This document shows, piece by piece, positions 28,285-38,556 of a stretch of 64,000 nt of DNA. The translations under genes and the position numbers were made by a program. How positions within the stretch are numbered: position 1 is the stretch's first letter; every line of letters starts with the position of its first letter. The notes beneath the pieces were generated by a model. It saw only the letters and a program-made list of their open reading frames with translations, was not told where the DNA came from and searched no databases. Origin of the DNA: Alloprevotella sp. (GTDB lineage Bacteria; Bacteroidota; Bacteroidia; Bacteroidales; Bacteroidaceae); assembly GCA_045121635.1 (NCBI GenBank), contig JBGVGJ010000058.1:48294-112293 (forward strand). Reading direction: 5' to 3'.

Positions 28285-28839
28285 TTACCAATCACCTTCA
28301 TTTTTATATTCAATTATGTCAAAAACTGCCTTGTTAAGTAGACCTGTAATTGTTTCACGAGCTTTAGTTGCCTGTTTACCTTTCCCAGGTTTACCCTTTA
28401 CAAATATTTTATGATTTTTCACAATATGCAAACCTCCTTCTACTTTGTGTGCGCCCATTTGAAAAGCTTTAATTTTGGGGGCTCTAACTCTTATTTTATT
28501 ATCTTTGAACTCAAATTTAAGCCAATAGTGTAACCCATAATATTGAGTTACAATCATATCTTTAAAAATTAAAGCCTCAGGACTGAATCCCTCCAAGATA
28601 ATAGACTCATTTTCTTTACAGATAATAGATTCATTAGAATATTTCTGTAAAGACATAATTGCGGAGAGCGTTTGATTATACAAATCTTCCGCAGAAAGAG
28701 AATCTCTGCTTACAATTAAGTAGTCATGACCATCTATTGTTTTAGTCGTTAAATCTGGTTGAAGAATAAAACCTTGCTCTTGTGAGTATGCGCAAATACC
28801 CAACAAGATAAAGATGTTTAAAATAAAAAATCTAAGCAT
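28285..28839 (-). CDS. orphan secreted hypothetical protein in a low-GC islet
   Basis: The ORF and surrounding 28190..29330 are markedly AT-rich against roughly 50% GC flanks. Signal peptide MLRFFILNIFILLGICAYSQEQ. No recognisable domain. Confidence 0.55.
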   Translation of the reverse strand: MLRFFILNIFILLGICAYSQEQGFILQPDLTTKTIDGHDYLIVSRDSLSAEDLYNQTLSAIMSLQKYSNESIICKENESIILEGFSPEALIFKDMIVTQYYGLHYWLKFEFKDNKIRVRAPKIKAFQMGAHKVEGGLHIVKNHKIFVKGKPGKGKQATKARETITGLLNKAVFDIIEYKNEGDW

Positions 28840-29329
28840 AATTTTAATAATAAGACATGGAAACTTATACTCCAAAAGTTGAATTGCATTATTTCTGATT
28901 ATCAATGAATCTCGATATTATAATGAGTCAAAATTAAAGCGTGCGAATTCTCGTTCTTATGTACATTATTCTTAAGACTATATCAATACAAAGTCTCCTG
29001 AAGTTATGCAAAGTTACAATATTTTATTAAAATACGATTACCCATCTTAGTAAAGTTTAACTTCATATTATCTAAGGAAGCACCACATACATTGCGACAA
29101 TTATGATGGATAGGTTTATATTTAACATAGATGATTCTTAGACATATACACATTAGTCTATATTTTACTATTCACAATAAAATCCACAACGAACTATTTT
29201 GTGGTTCATGTAGGGAAAAAGCTGAGAATATTATTACATTTGCACTAGTATTGTAAATAATAGGTTCCCAGTCTCAAGGTAATATAAATCATTATGACGA
29301 ACACGAAAGACTATAGCAAAACGAAGCTG

Positions 29330-30457
29330 GCGTGTCACCTCTGATTTGTAACACAAGCCATTGTGGCAAATTTCACACCGCTGCTCTTTATTGCGTTTCA
29401 CCATGAGTACAAGGTTTCGATAGCCAGTTTGGCACTCATCCCTGCGGTGTTTTACATCGTTCAACTAATCACAGACTTGCTTTGCGCCAAGTTTAAGAAT
29501 TACTGCTGCCTTTGGACTTATCGGGTTGGCATTCATCCCTTCCCTTTTCTCCAACCCCATGATTGGGATTCTCATTTGCGTCACCATTTATGCCGTAGGT
29601 AGTGGATTGATAGAAGTATTGTGTAGCCCGATTATTGAAGCGTGCCCTTTCCCCAACAAGGAAGGCATGATGAACCTGCTTCATTCCTTCTATTGATGGG
29701 GTGCCGTGGGTGTCATTATAGGTTCTACCCTCTTCTTTACCTGTTTCGGGTTGGAAAATTGGCGCATTTTGGCATGCCTTTGGGCACTGATTCCGCTCTA
29801 TAACATTTACAACTTCGCCACGTGCCCCATCGAACCCATTGTAGCGGAAGCCGAGAGTATGAGCATGACGCAATTACTCAAGAACCGTGTTTTGTGGATG
29901 TTCCTCCTCCTGATGGTTGCCGCGCGTGCCTCGGAAAGTACGATGGCACAATGGACTTCAGCCTTTGCCGAAGCATCGTTAGGGGTCGATAAAGCAATTG
30001 GCGACTTGGCAGGTCCTTGCGGATTTGCATTTTGCATGGGACTCGGACGCTTATGGTACGGCAAAAAGGGTGAAAACCTAAATCTATCAGCTTACATGAT
30101 GTGCGCTGGCATCCTTTGCTTTATAGCCTACTTAATTGCGTCCCTCTCCTCCATCCCTATGATGAGTTTGGCGGATGTATGATCAGTGGTTTGGCGGTAG
30201 GCATCATGTGGCCCGGTTCTATTAGTCTTACCTCAGCACGTATCCCCACGGGAGGCACCGCCCTCTTTGCCCTACTCGCTTTAGGGGGCAACATGGGAGG
30301 CACCCTCGGTCCTTCACTTGTAGGACTCTACACAAAATCTGCCGAAAACGACATTCAAAGCGGTATCCTTGCCGCTTCCATCTTCCCCATTATGCTCGTC
30401 GTTTGCCTTCTCTTTATCCGTAGAGAGCAACGCATGAGAAAGCGAGAGGGGAACTAA
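29330..30457 (+). pseudogene. MFS transporter (sugar-porter-like), C-terminal half only, with at least two frameshifts/stops
   Basis: Three consecutive ORF fragments (29363..29602, 29706..30182, 30101..30457) in different frames each carry MFS TM segments (..GLIGLAFIPSLFSNPMIGILICVTIYAVGSGL.., ..ALFALLALGGNMGGTLGPSLVG..). The N-terminal half is absent and replaced by the AT-rich islet. Confidence 0.7.
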
Positions 30458-30480
30458 CTCACCAACGAAGGAAAAATAAA

Positions 30481-30530
30481 GAGGCGAACCACCAATAGCA
30501 TTTCTATTGACGGTTCGCCTCATTTTTATA
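30481..30530 (+). terminator. terminator after the MFS remnant
   Basis: gaggcgaaccaccaatagcatttctattgacggttcgcctc followed by atttttat. Confidence 0.55.
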
Positions 30531-30532
30531 AA

Positions 30533-30990
30533 AAAGAACAGAGGAGCGATAAGCCGGGTTCTGTACCCTCAGGGCATTACGGAGGTGTAACTTCCCAGAA
30601 ACGAGGGTGCTTATCATTTATCCGCACGCACCATCACTGATGCGCTCTATCGTTCTACCCTCCGGCGCGCTTTGTTCACGAGGAACAAAATCTCGAACGG
30701 GCAATCCTCATTCGCCGGTATACATGAACTTTCAGCCTCCGATGTGCACAGCTCGTATGTCGCCACACGACTGGTGGGCTCTTACCCCACCTTCTCACCC
30801 TTACCTATGAAGCTGTCATCTTGAAAACAAGACGCGCCAAGGAGGTTATTTTCTTCTGCACGACTTAACCCTCACGGACTACTTCCCATTAAGAAGCGGA
30901 GCGCCCTATGCTGCCCGGACTTTCCTCCTGCACCACTTACATTGCGCAAGGCAACGGGATGCACGCGATAAGCAGCTCTTCTGTTCTCTA
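30533..30990 (-). ncRNA. rnpB: RNase P RNA (bacterial type A)
   Basis: The minus strand reads ...GGAGGAAAGUCCGGGCAGCAUAGGGC near the 5' end and ...ACAGAACCCGGCUUA near the 3' end; these are the universally conserved P4 strands. The P1 helix GAGAACAGAAGAGC / GCUCCUCUGUUCUU closes the molecule. ORF 30607..30810 inside it is spurious. Confidence 0.85.
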
Positions 30991-30995
30991 TATTT

Positions 30996-31100
30996 TTAGG
31001 TTTTAAGGTTGTAGGTTTTGAGGTTTAAAGGACCATTCGGTTTGCAAGGTCGTACAACCTTTAAGCGAAGCGACCTAATAACCTTCTACCTCATCCCACA
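30996..31100. repeat. family-1 repeat, copy D (divergent region between rnpB and the 31151 gene)
   Basis: ttttaggttttaaggttgtaggttttgaggtttaaagg...caacctttaagcgaagcgacctaataacc. Each arm reads AACCT..AACC toward its flanking gene. Confidence 0.6.
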
Positions 31101-31150
31101 TTTCCATTTTCAAGTGCGAAGTTATAAAAAAATATCATTACTTTTGCAAG

Positions 31151-32383
31151 ATGAAGTCTCTTTTCCTCTCTCTCGCCTTGATATTGGGCAGTATCGGCAT
31201 TCACGCACAACAAATGCGCGCGTTTGCCCCCAATATTATGACGCCTCGCCTGCAACCTGCGGATGAGGTGAGAGGTTTGCCGATTCTTCCGCTCAAAGGC
31301 GAGAAGCAATTGGAATTTAGTTTTGACGACCTCGACACGAATTACGAGCGCTACTTCTACCGCGTAGAACATTGCGACCAACACTTCCGCCCTACGGAGC
31401 AACTCTTGGAAAGTAGTTACTTGCAAGCCACGGAAAACACTTTGCCCATCGACAACTACGAGCCTTCGCGCAACACGACGGTAAATTACAACCACTACTC
31501 CCTCTTGCTCCCCAACGAAGACCTTCGCATGCTCCTACCGGGGAACTACCGCTTGAGCATCTTGCGTGAAGCGGAGGACGAGAAGGAAGAATTTGTCACC
31601 GTAGCCGAAGCATTCTTCATGGTGGGCGAACAACGCGTGAGCATCAACCCCTCGCTCACTACGATGACGGATGCGGATTACAACAACCGCCACCAGCAAC
31701 TCACCATAGAGGTGGATTTCAGCGCCTTGCGCCTCAGCAGGCCTGAAGAGGAGTTGAGCGTTTACATCGTTCAGAACCGCCGTTGGAGCGACATCCGCAA
31801 GTGTCCTGCGCCAACCTTCTTAACGCTTAACAAGATGAAGTGGCAACATTGCCGTGACCTTATCTTTAGCGCGGGCAATGAGTTTCGTAAGTTTGAAACG
31901 ATTTCAACGGAATACCCCAGCCTTCATGTCGACCAAATGAAGTGGGATGCCGAGCGCTACACTTACGCCGCAACGCTCTACACCGACGAGGTGCGCAAGA
32001 ATTACCTCTATGATGAAGACCAAACGGGTGGGTTCATCATCCGCAACACGGACAATTACGACAACGACACGGAGAGCGATTACATAGATGTGCGCTTCCG
32101 CCTCAATGCCCCCTTGCGCCTTGATTGCCCCATTTATGTGTACGGCACTTGGGCAACGAATGCCGATCGTGAGACATATCGCATGCACTATAACGAGGAA
32201 ACGAACCTCTACGAAGCCAGCGTTACGCTCAAGCAGGGATATTACAACTACTATTACGACACCCCCGACGATAGCGTAGAGGGCAATTTCTATCAAACCA
32301 AGAATGAGTACCTCATCCTCGTTTACGCACGCCCCTTTGGCGCACGCTACGATAGTTTGGTGGGATGGAAGGTGGTAAAGTAA
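31151..32383 (+). CDS. DUF5103 / T9SS-plug-like domain protein (tentative family call), secreted
   Basis: Signal peptide MKSLFLSLALILGSIGIHAQQ, 410 aa, and the N-terminal pattern LEFSFDDLDTNYERYFYRVEHCD recalled from DUF5103-family proteins. The assignment is from memory only. Confidence 0.5.
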   Translation: MKSLFLSLALILGSIGIHAQQMRAFAPNIMTPRLQPADEVRGLPILPLKGEKQLEFSFDDLDTNYERYFYRVEHCDQHFRPTEQLLESSYLQATENTLPIDNYEPSRNTTVNYNHYSLLLPNEDLRMLLPGNYRLSILREAEDEKEEFVTVAEAFFMVGEQRVSINPSLTTMTDADYNNRHQQLTIEVDFSALRLSRPEEELSVYIVQNRRWSDIRKCPAPTFLTLNKMKWQHCRDLIFSAGNEFRKFETISTEYPSLHVDQMKWDAERYTYAATLYTDEVRKNYLYDEDQTGGFIIRNTDNYDNDTESDYIDVRFRLNAPLRLDCPIYVYGTWATNADRETYRMHYNEETNLYEASVTLKQGYYNYYYDTPDDSVEGNFYQTKNEYLILVYARPFGARYDSLVGWKVVK

Positions 32384-32509
32384 AGTGTTGCATTTTACAC
32401 CATTAGACTTACCCGAAAATAAGTCGGACTTAATTAAAATTATCTCGGACATAAATTAAAATATGTCGGACTTAATTTTCACAAGCTCCGACCTTCTAAA
32501 AACCGCATC

Positions 32510-32557
32510 ACACTACGACCTTAAAAACTCATAACCTTAAAACCTCATAACCTTACC
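32510..32557. repeat. family-1 repeat, copy E
   Basis: ccttaaaaactcataaccttaaaacctcataaccttacccc, ending at the 32562 ATG. Confidence 0.55.
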
Positions 32558-32561
32558 CCTT

Positions 32562-33518
32562 ATGACCATCGTATTTCTCGATAGTTACACGCTCAACCCA
32601 GGCGATTTGAGTTGGGATGTGTTTCACCCCTTTGGCACTTTCATCACCTACGACTGCACCTTGCCTTCAGAAGTCATTGAGCGCGCCAAGGATGCCGAAG
32701 TAATCATTACGAATAAAGTGCGCCTCGGAGAAGCGGAATTTGCCCTACTCCCGAAGCTCAAATTAGTGCTCGTAGCCGCAACGGGTTATGATGTAATTGA
32801 CACGGTGGCGGCTCGCCATCACGGCGTATGCGTTTGTAATTGTGCAGGTTATAGTTCGCGCGCCGTTGCGCAAATGGTGTTTGCCCACCTGCTTGAAGTG
32901 TGCTCATCCGTAGGGCATTACGCACGCCTCAATGCGGAAGAGAAGATGTGGGCAAAGAGTCGCGACTTCTGTTGTTGGCACAACCCCTTGACCGAACTTT
33001 GCGGTAAGCGCATCGCTATCGTGGGTTACGGAAACATTGGGCGCGAGGTTGAACGCCTGGCAAAAGCCTTCTACATGGAAGTGTTTGCCGTAAGTTCAAA
33101 GCCCCAAAGTCAACTCCCCGAAGGCGTAACGAAGATTAACCTTGAGGATGCCGTAGCAACTTGTGATGTTGTCAGCCTTTGCTGCCCTCTCACGAAAGAC
33201 AACGAGCGCATGATTAACGCCGCGCTTTTGAGCAAGGCAAACCCCAACCTTATCGTCGTAAACACGGCGCGTGGCAAACTCATTGACGAACCCGCCATGG
33301 CGGATGCCTTGAAGGAAAATCGCATTAAGGCCTTCTGCGCAGATGTGCTCTCAAGCGAACCTCCCACGCTCGACAATCCCCTACTCTCTGCGCCCCGCGC
33401 CTTCATCACGCCCCACATTGCTTGGGCTACACGCGAAGCACGCGGACGCATCATTGACATCCTCGTGGGCAATCTCAAGGCTTTTTTGAATGGTGCGCCG
33501 ACGAATGTAGTAAATTAA
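32562..33518 (+). CDS. D-isomer-specific 2-hydroxyacid dehydrogenase (glycerate/hydroxypyruvate reductase-like)
   Basis: NAD-binding GYGNIGREVERLAKAF and a catalytic-domain layout typical of the 2-hydroxyacid dehydrogenase family. Confidence 0.8.
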   Translation: MTIVFLDSYTLNPGDLSWDVFHPFGTFITYDCTLPSEVIERAKDAEVIITNKVRLGEAEFALLPKLKLVLVAATGYDVIDTVAARHHGVCVCNCAGYSSRAVAQMVFAHLLEVCSSVGHYARLNAEEKMWAKSRDFCCWHNPLTELCGKRIAIVGYGNIGREVERLAKAFYMEVFAVSSKPQSQLPEGVTKINLEDAVATCDVVSLCCPLTKDNERMINAALLSKANPNLIVVNTARGKLIDEPAMADALKENRIKAFCADVLSSEPPTLDNPLLSAPRAFITPHIAWATREARGRIIDILVGNLKAFLNGAPTNVVN

Positions 33519-33587
33519 AAGTCGGTGGTAAAATCGCTTCAATCAAGACCTCCAAACTCTCAACCCTTAAACCTCACATCCCCACAT

Positions 33588-34211
33588 ATGTTATTCGACA
33601 TCAGTTTCTACTCTGCTTGCGACTACATCGGTACGCTTGCATTCGCCATCTCGGGTGTGCGCCTCGCTTCGGCAAAGCGCTTTGACCTCTTTGGTGCTTA
33701 CATCGTAGGTATCGCCACGGCTATTGGTGGTGGTACGACGCGTGACATTATGCTCAATGTCCCTATCTTCTGGTTGAAAGACCCCACTTACTTGCTCATT
33801 TGCGCCTTTGCCGTATTTTGGGTAGTAGTCTTCCGCAAGCACTTGGTGAAGCAAGACAACACATGGTTCATTTTCGACACCATTGGTCTTGCCGTCTTCG
33901 CCATTACGGGGATTGAGAAGACGCTCGACAACGGTTTCCCCTATTGGACAGCCATTCTCATGGGTACTTTGACGGGTGCCGGTGGTGGTGTGCTTCGCGA
34001 CATCTTTATCAATGTAGAACCCCTCATTTTCCGCAAGGAAATTTATGCCCTTGCGTGCGTCATCGGCGGTATCTTCTATTGGTTATGCCACGAGTTTTTT
34101 GGTTTCAACTACGTATGGTCGGGTATCGTTTGTGCGGGCGCCGTTATCATCATGCGCTTGCTTGCCGTGCGCTATAAACTTCACCTTCCCAACTTGAAGG
34201 GTGAAGATTAA
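33588..34211 (+). CDS. UPF0126 (TRIC-type) membrane protein
   Basis: Two internal repeats, each with GGG(T/V)xRD (IGGGTTRDIM, AGGGVLRDIF). Seven TM helices. The start was chosen at MLFDISFY. Confidence 0.7.
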   Translation: MLFDISFYSACDYIGTLAFAISGVRLASAKRFDLFGAYIVGIATAIGGGTTRDIMLNVPIFWLKDPTYLLICAFAVFWVVVFRKHLVKQDNTWFIFDTIGLAVFAITGIEKTLDNGFPYWTAILMGTLTGAGGGVLRDIFINVEPLIFRKEIYALACVIGGIFYWLCHEFFGFNYVWSGIVCAGAVIIMRLLAVRYKLHLPNLKGED

Positions 34212-34232
34212 CCCTCACATTTCCATTTAGTT

Positions 34233-34838
34233 ATGGCAAAGAAAGAAACATCTCCCGTTCAGCGTCTCTCACAAGAGAGTAAGGAGGACATTCGTCGCGC
34301 CGTTGAAGTGATGAATCAGGGTGGCGTAATTCTCTACCCCACCGATACGATTTGGGGACTCGGTTGCGATGCCACAAATCCCGAAGCCGTAAAGCGCATT
34401 TACGAAATCAAGCAACGCACAGACGCAAAGGCGCTCATATCGCTCGTTGACTCGGAAACGAAGGTGCAATTCTATGTCAAGGAAGTGCCCGAGGTAGCGT
34501 GGGACGTGATGGAGCTCTCCGAGAAGCCCATGACCGTCGTTTTTGACGGAGGCAGAAACCTTGCGCCCAACCTCTTGGCGGAGGATGGCTCCGTGGCTAT
34601 TCGCATCACCAAGGAAGCCTTCAGCAAGGAGCTCTGCATGCGCATGAAGCGCGCCGTTGTTTCGACCTCGGCTAATATCAGCGGACAACCCGCTCCGCGT
34701 TGCTTCTCCGAGATTTCGGAAGAAATTAAAAAGGCAGTTGACTACATCTGCACCTCTCGCCAAGACGAACCTCCCACACAAACGGCTTCAAGCATTATCA
34801 AGCTTGGTGCGGGTGGAGAAGTTACAATCATACGCTAA
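34233..34838 (+). CDS. tsaC: L-threonylcarbamoyladenylate synthase (YrdC/TsaC type)
   Basis: VILYPTDTIWGLGCDATNPEAVKRIYEIKQR and ..STSANISG match YrdC/Sua5 boxes. 201 aa, so the short TsaC form. Confidence 0.85.
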   Translation: MAKKETSPVQRLSQESKEDIRRAVEVMNQGGVILYPTDTIWGLGCDATNPEAVKRIYEIKQRTDAKALISLVDSETKVQFYVKEVPEVAWDVMELSEKPMTVVFDGGRNLAPNLLAEDGSVAIRITKEAFSKELCMRMKRAVVSTSANISGQPAPRCFSEISEEIKKAVDYICTSRQDEPPTQTASSIIKLGAGGEVTIIR

Positions 34839-34847
34839 ACACACTAT

Positions 34848-36624
34848 GTTTCAGTATTTAAGAATATGGTGTAATAAGCACCTCACACAGAGGCAGTTCA
34901 TCCTCGTGCTCAGCCTTTTTGTGGGTATCGGTGCGGCACTTGCGGCACAGGCATTGAAGTGGCTTATTCACGAAATAGAAGGATTGCTCACCCATAGTTT
35001 TGACACCACGCAATCCAACTGGCTTTACCTCGTTTATCCCGTCGTAGGTATCTTCCTCACCGCACTCTTTATTAAGTATGTGGTGCGTGATGACATTGGC
35101 CACGGGGTGACAAAGATTCTCTATGCCCTCTCGCGCAAGCAGGGGCGCATCCGCAATCACAATTGCTACACGAGCGTAGTTGCCTCTGCCATCACCATCG
35201 GTTTTGGGGGATCAGTTGGGGCAGAGTCGCCTATTGTCTTGACGGGTTCCGCCATTGGTTCTTCATTAGGCAAAGCCTTTCGCCTTGACCATAAGACGCT
35301 GATGTTGCTCATCGGTTGTGGCGCGTCGGGAGCCGTGGCAGGTATCTTCAAAGCACCAATTGCAGGTCTTGTCTTCACGCTTGAAGTGCTGATGATTGAC
35401 CTCACGATGGCTTCGCTTCTGCCGTTGCTCACGAGTTGCATCACCGCCACATGCCTCACCTACTTCCTTTCGGGAGATATGCAGGCGCTCTTCCCCTTCT
35501 CGTTGAAGACACCCTTCACCGTTGAGGATGTGCCCACGGTAATCCTTCTCGGCATCTTCTGTGGCTTGATTTCCCTCTACTTCACGAAGGCGATGAATGC
35601 TTTTGAAAAGGTGTTCTCACGCTTCGGCACGGGGATGTTCTCACGCTTGGCACTCGGGGGCACCGTGCTGGCGTTGCTCATCTACCTTTTCCCACCGCTT
35701 TACGGAGAAGGTTATTCTACTATCACCATGCTCCTCAACAGTTCGGGGCAGGAGAATGCAACGGATGTACTTAACAACTCATTCTTCTACGGGCATTCAG
35801 AATTCCTGTTGCTTTACCTCGGTTTGATTCTCCTCACCAAGGTGTTTGCCACTTCGGCTACTAATGGTGGTGGCGGTTGCGGGGGGACTTTTGCGCCCAG
35901 TCTTTTCTTGGGTTGTATCGGTGGTTTTATCTTCGCACAATTGTGGAATAGTTACGGCTTGTGGGATGTTGCTACACCCGAAGAAAACTATGCCTTGCTG
36001 GGTATGGCGGGAGTCATGGCGGGAGTATTCCACGCTCCGCTTACGGGTGTCTTCCTCATTGCCGAACTCACGGGTGGCTACGACCTCTTCCTCCCTTTGA
36101 TGATTGTTTCTGGGTGCTCTTACTTGGTGATTCGCTCTTTCGAACCTCACAGCATTTACGCCATGCGTCTTGCGCGCCGAGGTCAACTCTTGACGCACGA
36201 CAAGGATAGTTCTGTACTCACGCTCATGTCGCTCGATGAAGTGATTATCAAGGACACCCCCACCCTTTCAGCCGACATGAACCTCGGTCAGTTGGTGCGC
36301 ATTATCTCTAACGAACGCTCCGATGTATTCGCCGTGGTGGATAAGAAGAACCTGCTCGTGGGAGTCATCGGCTTGCGAAGCATCCGCAAGATTATCTTCC
36401 GTAGCGAACTCTACCGCCTCTACACGGTTGAGCAACTCATGCACACGCCCACCATCCTTCTTTCTACGGCCGACCCCATGCAAGTGGTGATGGACAAACT
36501 CGAACAAACGCCTTACTCCACCCTTCCCGTTCTCAACACCGACGGCACCTTCGCCGGCTTCGTGTCACGCACAAAATTCTATGCGCACTACCGACAGGTG
36601 ATGAAGGACTTCTCGCAAGAGTAA
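34848..36624 (+). CDS. ClC-family voltage-gated chloride channel with C-terminal CBS pair
   Basis: GGSVGAESPIVLTGSAIGS and GIFKAPIAGLVF selectivity-filter-like segments. About 10 TM helices. C-terminal CBS-like region. The start was chosen at MFQYLRIW. Confidence 0.8.
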
Positions 36625-36688
36625 ATAATCCATGAGGGGGGGGCGAAAATCTCGTTTACTCGTACCTCTTAAACTTGTCTACTTTCTC

Positions 36689-37657
36689 ATGACCAAACAA
36701 GACTTACGCATCATCTATATGGGCACTCCCGAATTTGCCGTGGAGAGCCTTCATGCCCTCGTTGAAGGGGGATATAATGTCGTGGCGGTGGTCACTATGC
36801 CCGACAAACCCATTGGGCGCCACCAAACGGAACTCCAGGCATCGCCCGTCAAGCAATATGCCGTGTCTCAGGGACTTCGTGTGCTCCAACCCGAGCGCTT
36901 GAAGGATGAAGCATTCATCAACGAACTCCGTGAACTCCGTGCCGACCTGCAAATCGTGGTGGCCTTCCGCATGCTTCCCGAAGTGGTGTGGAACATGCCT
37001 CCCCTCGGCACCTTCAACCTCCACGCCTCACTCCTTCCCCAATACCGCGGTGCGGCTCCCATCAACTGGGCGGTTATCAATGGCGACACCGAAACGGGTA
37101 TTACGACCTTCTTCCTCCAACACGAAATTGACACGGGTAATGTCATCCAACAAGTGCGCGTACCCATTGCCGACACCGACAATGTGGAGATTGTTTACGA
37201 CAAACTCATGCACCTCGGTGGCACCCTCGTGACGGAAACCGTTGACAATATCATTGCGGGCACCGTGAAGCCCATTCCTCAAGAAGAGATGGCGACCAGC
37301 GAAGAACTCCGCCCTGCTCCCAAGATTTTCAAAGAGACTTGTCGCATTGATTGGACAAAGGGTGTGAAGCGCTGTTACGACTTCGTACGCGGCCTTTCTC
37401 CCTACCCCGCCGCATGGACGGAACTCACCGCTGGTGGCAAGACTTTGGTGCTCAAAGTGTATGAAACCGAAAAGGAATTCACCACACACGCACACGCCCT
37501 CGGCACCCTCCACACCGATGGTAAGACCTACCTCAAAGTGGCCCTTTCCGATGGTTACCTCCACCTCCGCCAAATCCAACTTGCGGGCAAGAAGCGCATG
37601 GCAACCACCGACTTTCTCCGTGGATTTAAAGCAGATGGCGAGATGAAGGTGGAATAA
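36689..37657 (+). CDS. fmt: methionyl-tRNA formyltransferase
   Basis: LRIIYMGTPEFAV..L and NLHASLLPQYRGAAPINWAVINGD formyltransferase boxes, plus the Fmt C-terminal domain. Confidence 0.9.
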   Translation: MTKQDLRIIYMGTPEFAVESLHALVEGGYNVVAVVTMPDKPIGRHQTELQASPVKQYAVSQGLRVLQPERLKDEAFINELRELRADLQIVVAFRMLPEVVWNMPPLGTFNLHASLLPQYRGAAPINWAVINGDTETGITTFFLQHEIDTGNVIQQVRVPIADTDNVEIVYDKLMHLGGTLVTETVDNIIAGTVKPIPQEEMATSEELRPAPKIFKETCRIDWTKGVKRCYDFVRGLSPYPAAWTELTAGGKTLVLKVYETEKEFTTHAHALGTLHTDGKTYLKVALSDGYLHLRQIQLAGKKRMATTDFLRGFKADGEMKVE

Positions 37658-37690
37658 TTGGTTTTATAAGAATCTCTTTAAAATACACAT

Positions 37691-37735
37691 GAAAGCGAAC
37701 CCGGTAGCAATCAATCACCGAGTTCGCTTTTATTT
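37691..37735 (+). terminator. terminator after fmt
   Basis: gaaagcgaacccggtagcaatcaatcaccgagttcgcttt followed by tattt. Confidence 0.55.
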
Positions 37736-37848
37736 ATATCCCTTCGTTCTCATCAACTATATCTATACTCTTATAGATTTTATCTGTTTGCACAATTCAA
37801 AATTGCTTCCTACCTTTGCATCATCAAATAGAAAAACAGAATACAATT

Positions 37849-38310
37849 ATGCTAAACATTGGAGATAAGATACCCGAAGTATTCGGCACGAATGAAGCGG
37901 GAGTTGAAGTGACACGCTCACAATTCAACGGTCAGAAATTAGTCATTTATTTCTACCCCAAGGACAACACATCCGGTTGCACGGCGCAAGCATGCAGTTT
38001 GAGAGATAACTATCACGAATTGGCAAAGCTCGGTTACAACGTCATCGGCGTGAGTAGCAACTCGGCAGCATCGCATCAGAAGTTTATTGAGAAGAACAAC
38101 CTTCCCTTCACGCTGATTGCCGACACCGATCTCAACTTGCACCAGCTCTTTGGCACATGGGGCGAAAAGTCAATGTGCGGAAGAAAATACATGGGCACAC
38201 TTCGCACGACCTACGTTGCCGATGAAACGGGCACCATCACCCACATCTTCACCCCCAAGCAAATCAACACAAAAACACATGCCCAGCAACTCATCAAGGC
38301 ATTGAGTTAA
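37849..38310 (+). CDS. bcp: peroxiredoxin Bcp (thiol peroxidase)
   Basis: FYPKDNTSGCTAQACSLRD has the peroxidatic Cys in the Bcp/PrxQ context. A candidate -7 box TAccTTTG lies at 37813. Confidence 0.85.
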   Translation: MLNIGDKIPEVFGTNEAGVEVTRSQFNGQKLVIYFYPKDNTSGCTAQACSLRDNYHELAKLGYNVIGVSSNSAASHQKFIEKNNLPFTLIADTDLNLHQLFGTWGEKSMCGRKYMGTLRTTYVADETGTITHIFTPKQINTKTHAQQLIKALS

Positions 38311-38379
38311 ACAAAGAATACCTATTAACCATTCAGTCCCCTAATACCTAATTACCTTACAAACAAAAATTTTACGACT

Positions 38380-38556
38380 ATGGAAACAAAGAATAAAGTA
38401 CTCGCAACTATGAAGGAAGCAGGCGAACCCCTCAACGCAGGTAAGATTGCTGAACTCTCAGGGCTTGACCGCAAGGAAGTAGACAAGGCTATGAAGCAAC
38501 TCAAGGAAGAAGGCGCCATCGTTTCTCCCGTCCGTTGCAAATGGACAGTGGCATAA
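38380..38556 (+). CDS. small hypothetical protein (58 aa), below the ORF-track cutoff
   Basis: [58 protein letters not shown] has an HTH-like composition. It is followed by a strong hairpin at 38593..38630. Confidence 0.5.
   Translation: METKNKVLATMKEAGEPLNAGKIAELSGLDRKEVDKAMKQLKEEGAIVSPVRCKWTVA

Noticed and set aside
29234-29464. 76-aa minus-strand ORF
   Set aside because: It overlaps the junction of the AT-rich islet and the MFS remnant, with no support.
30607-30810. 67-aa ORF
   Set aside because: It lies inside the RNase P RNA gene on the opposite strand.
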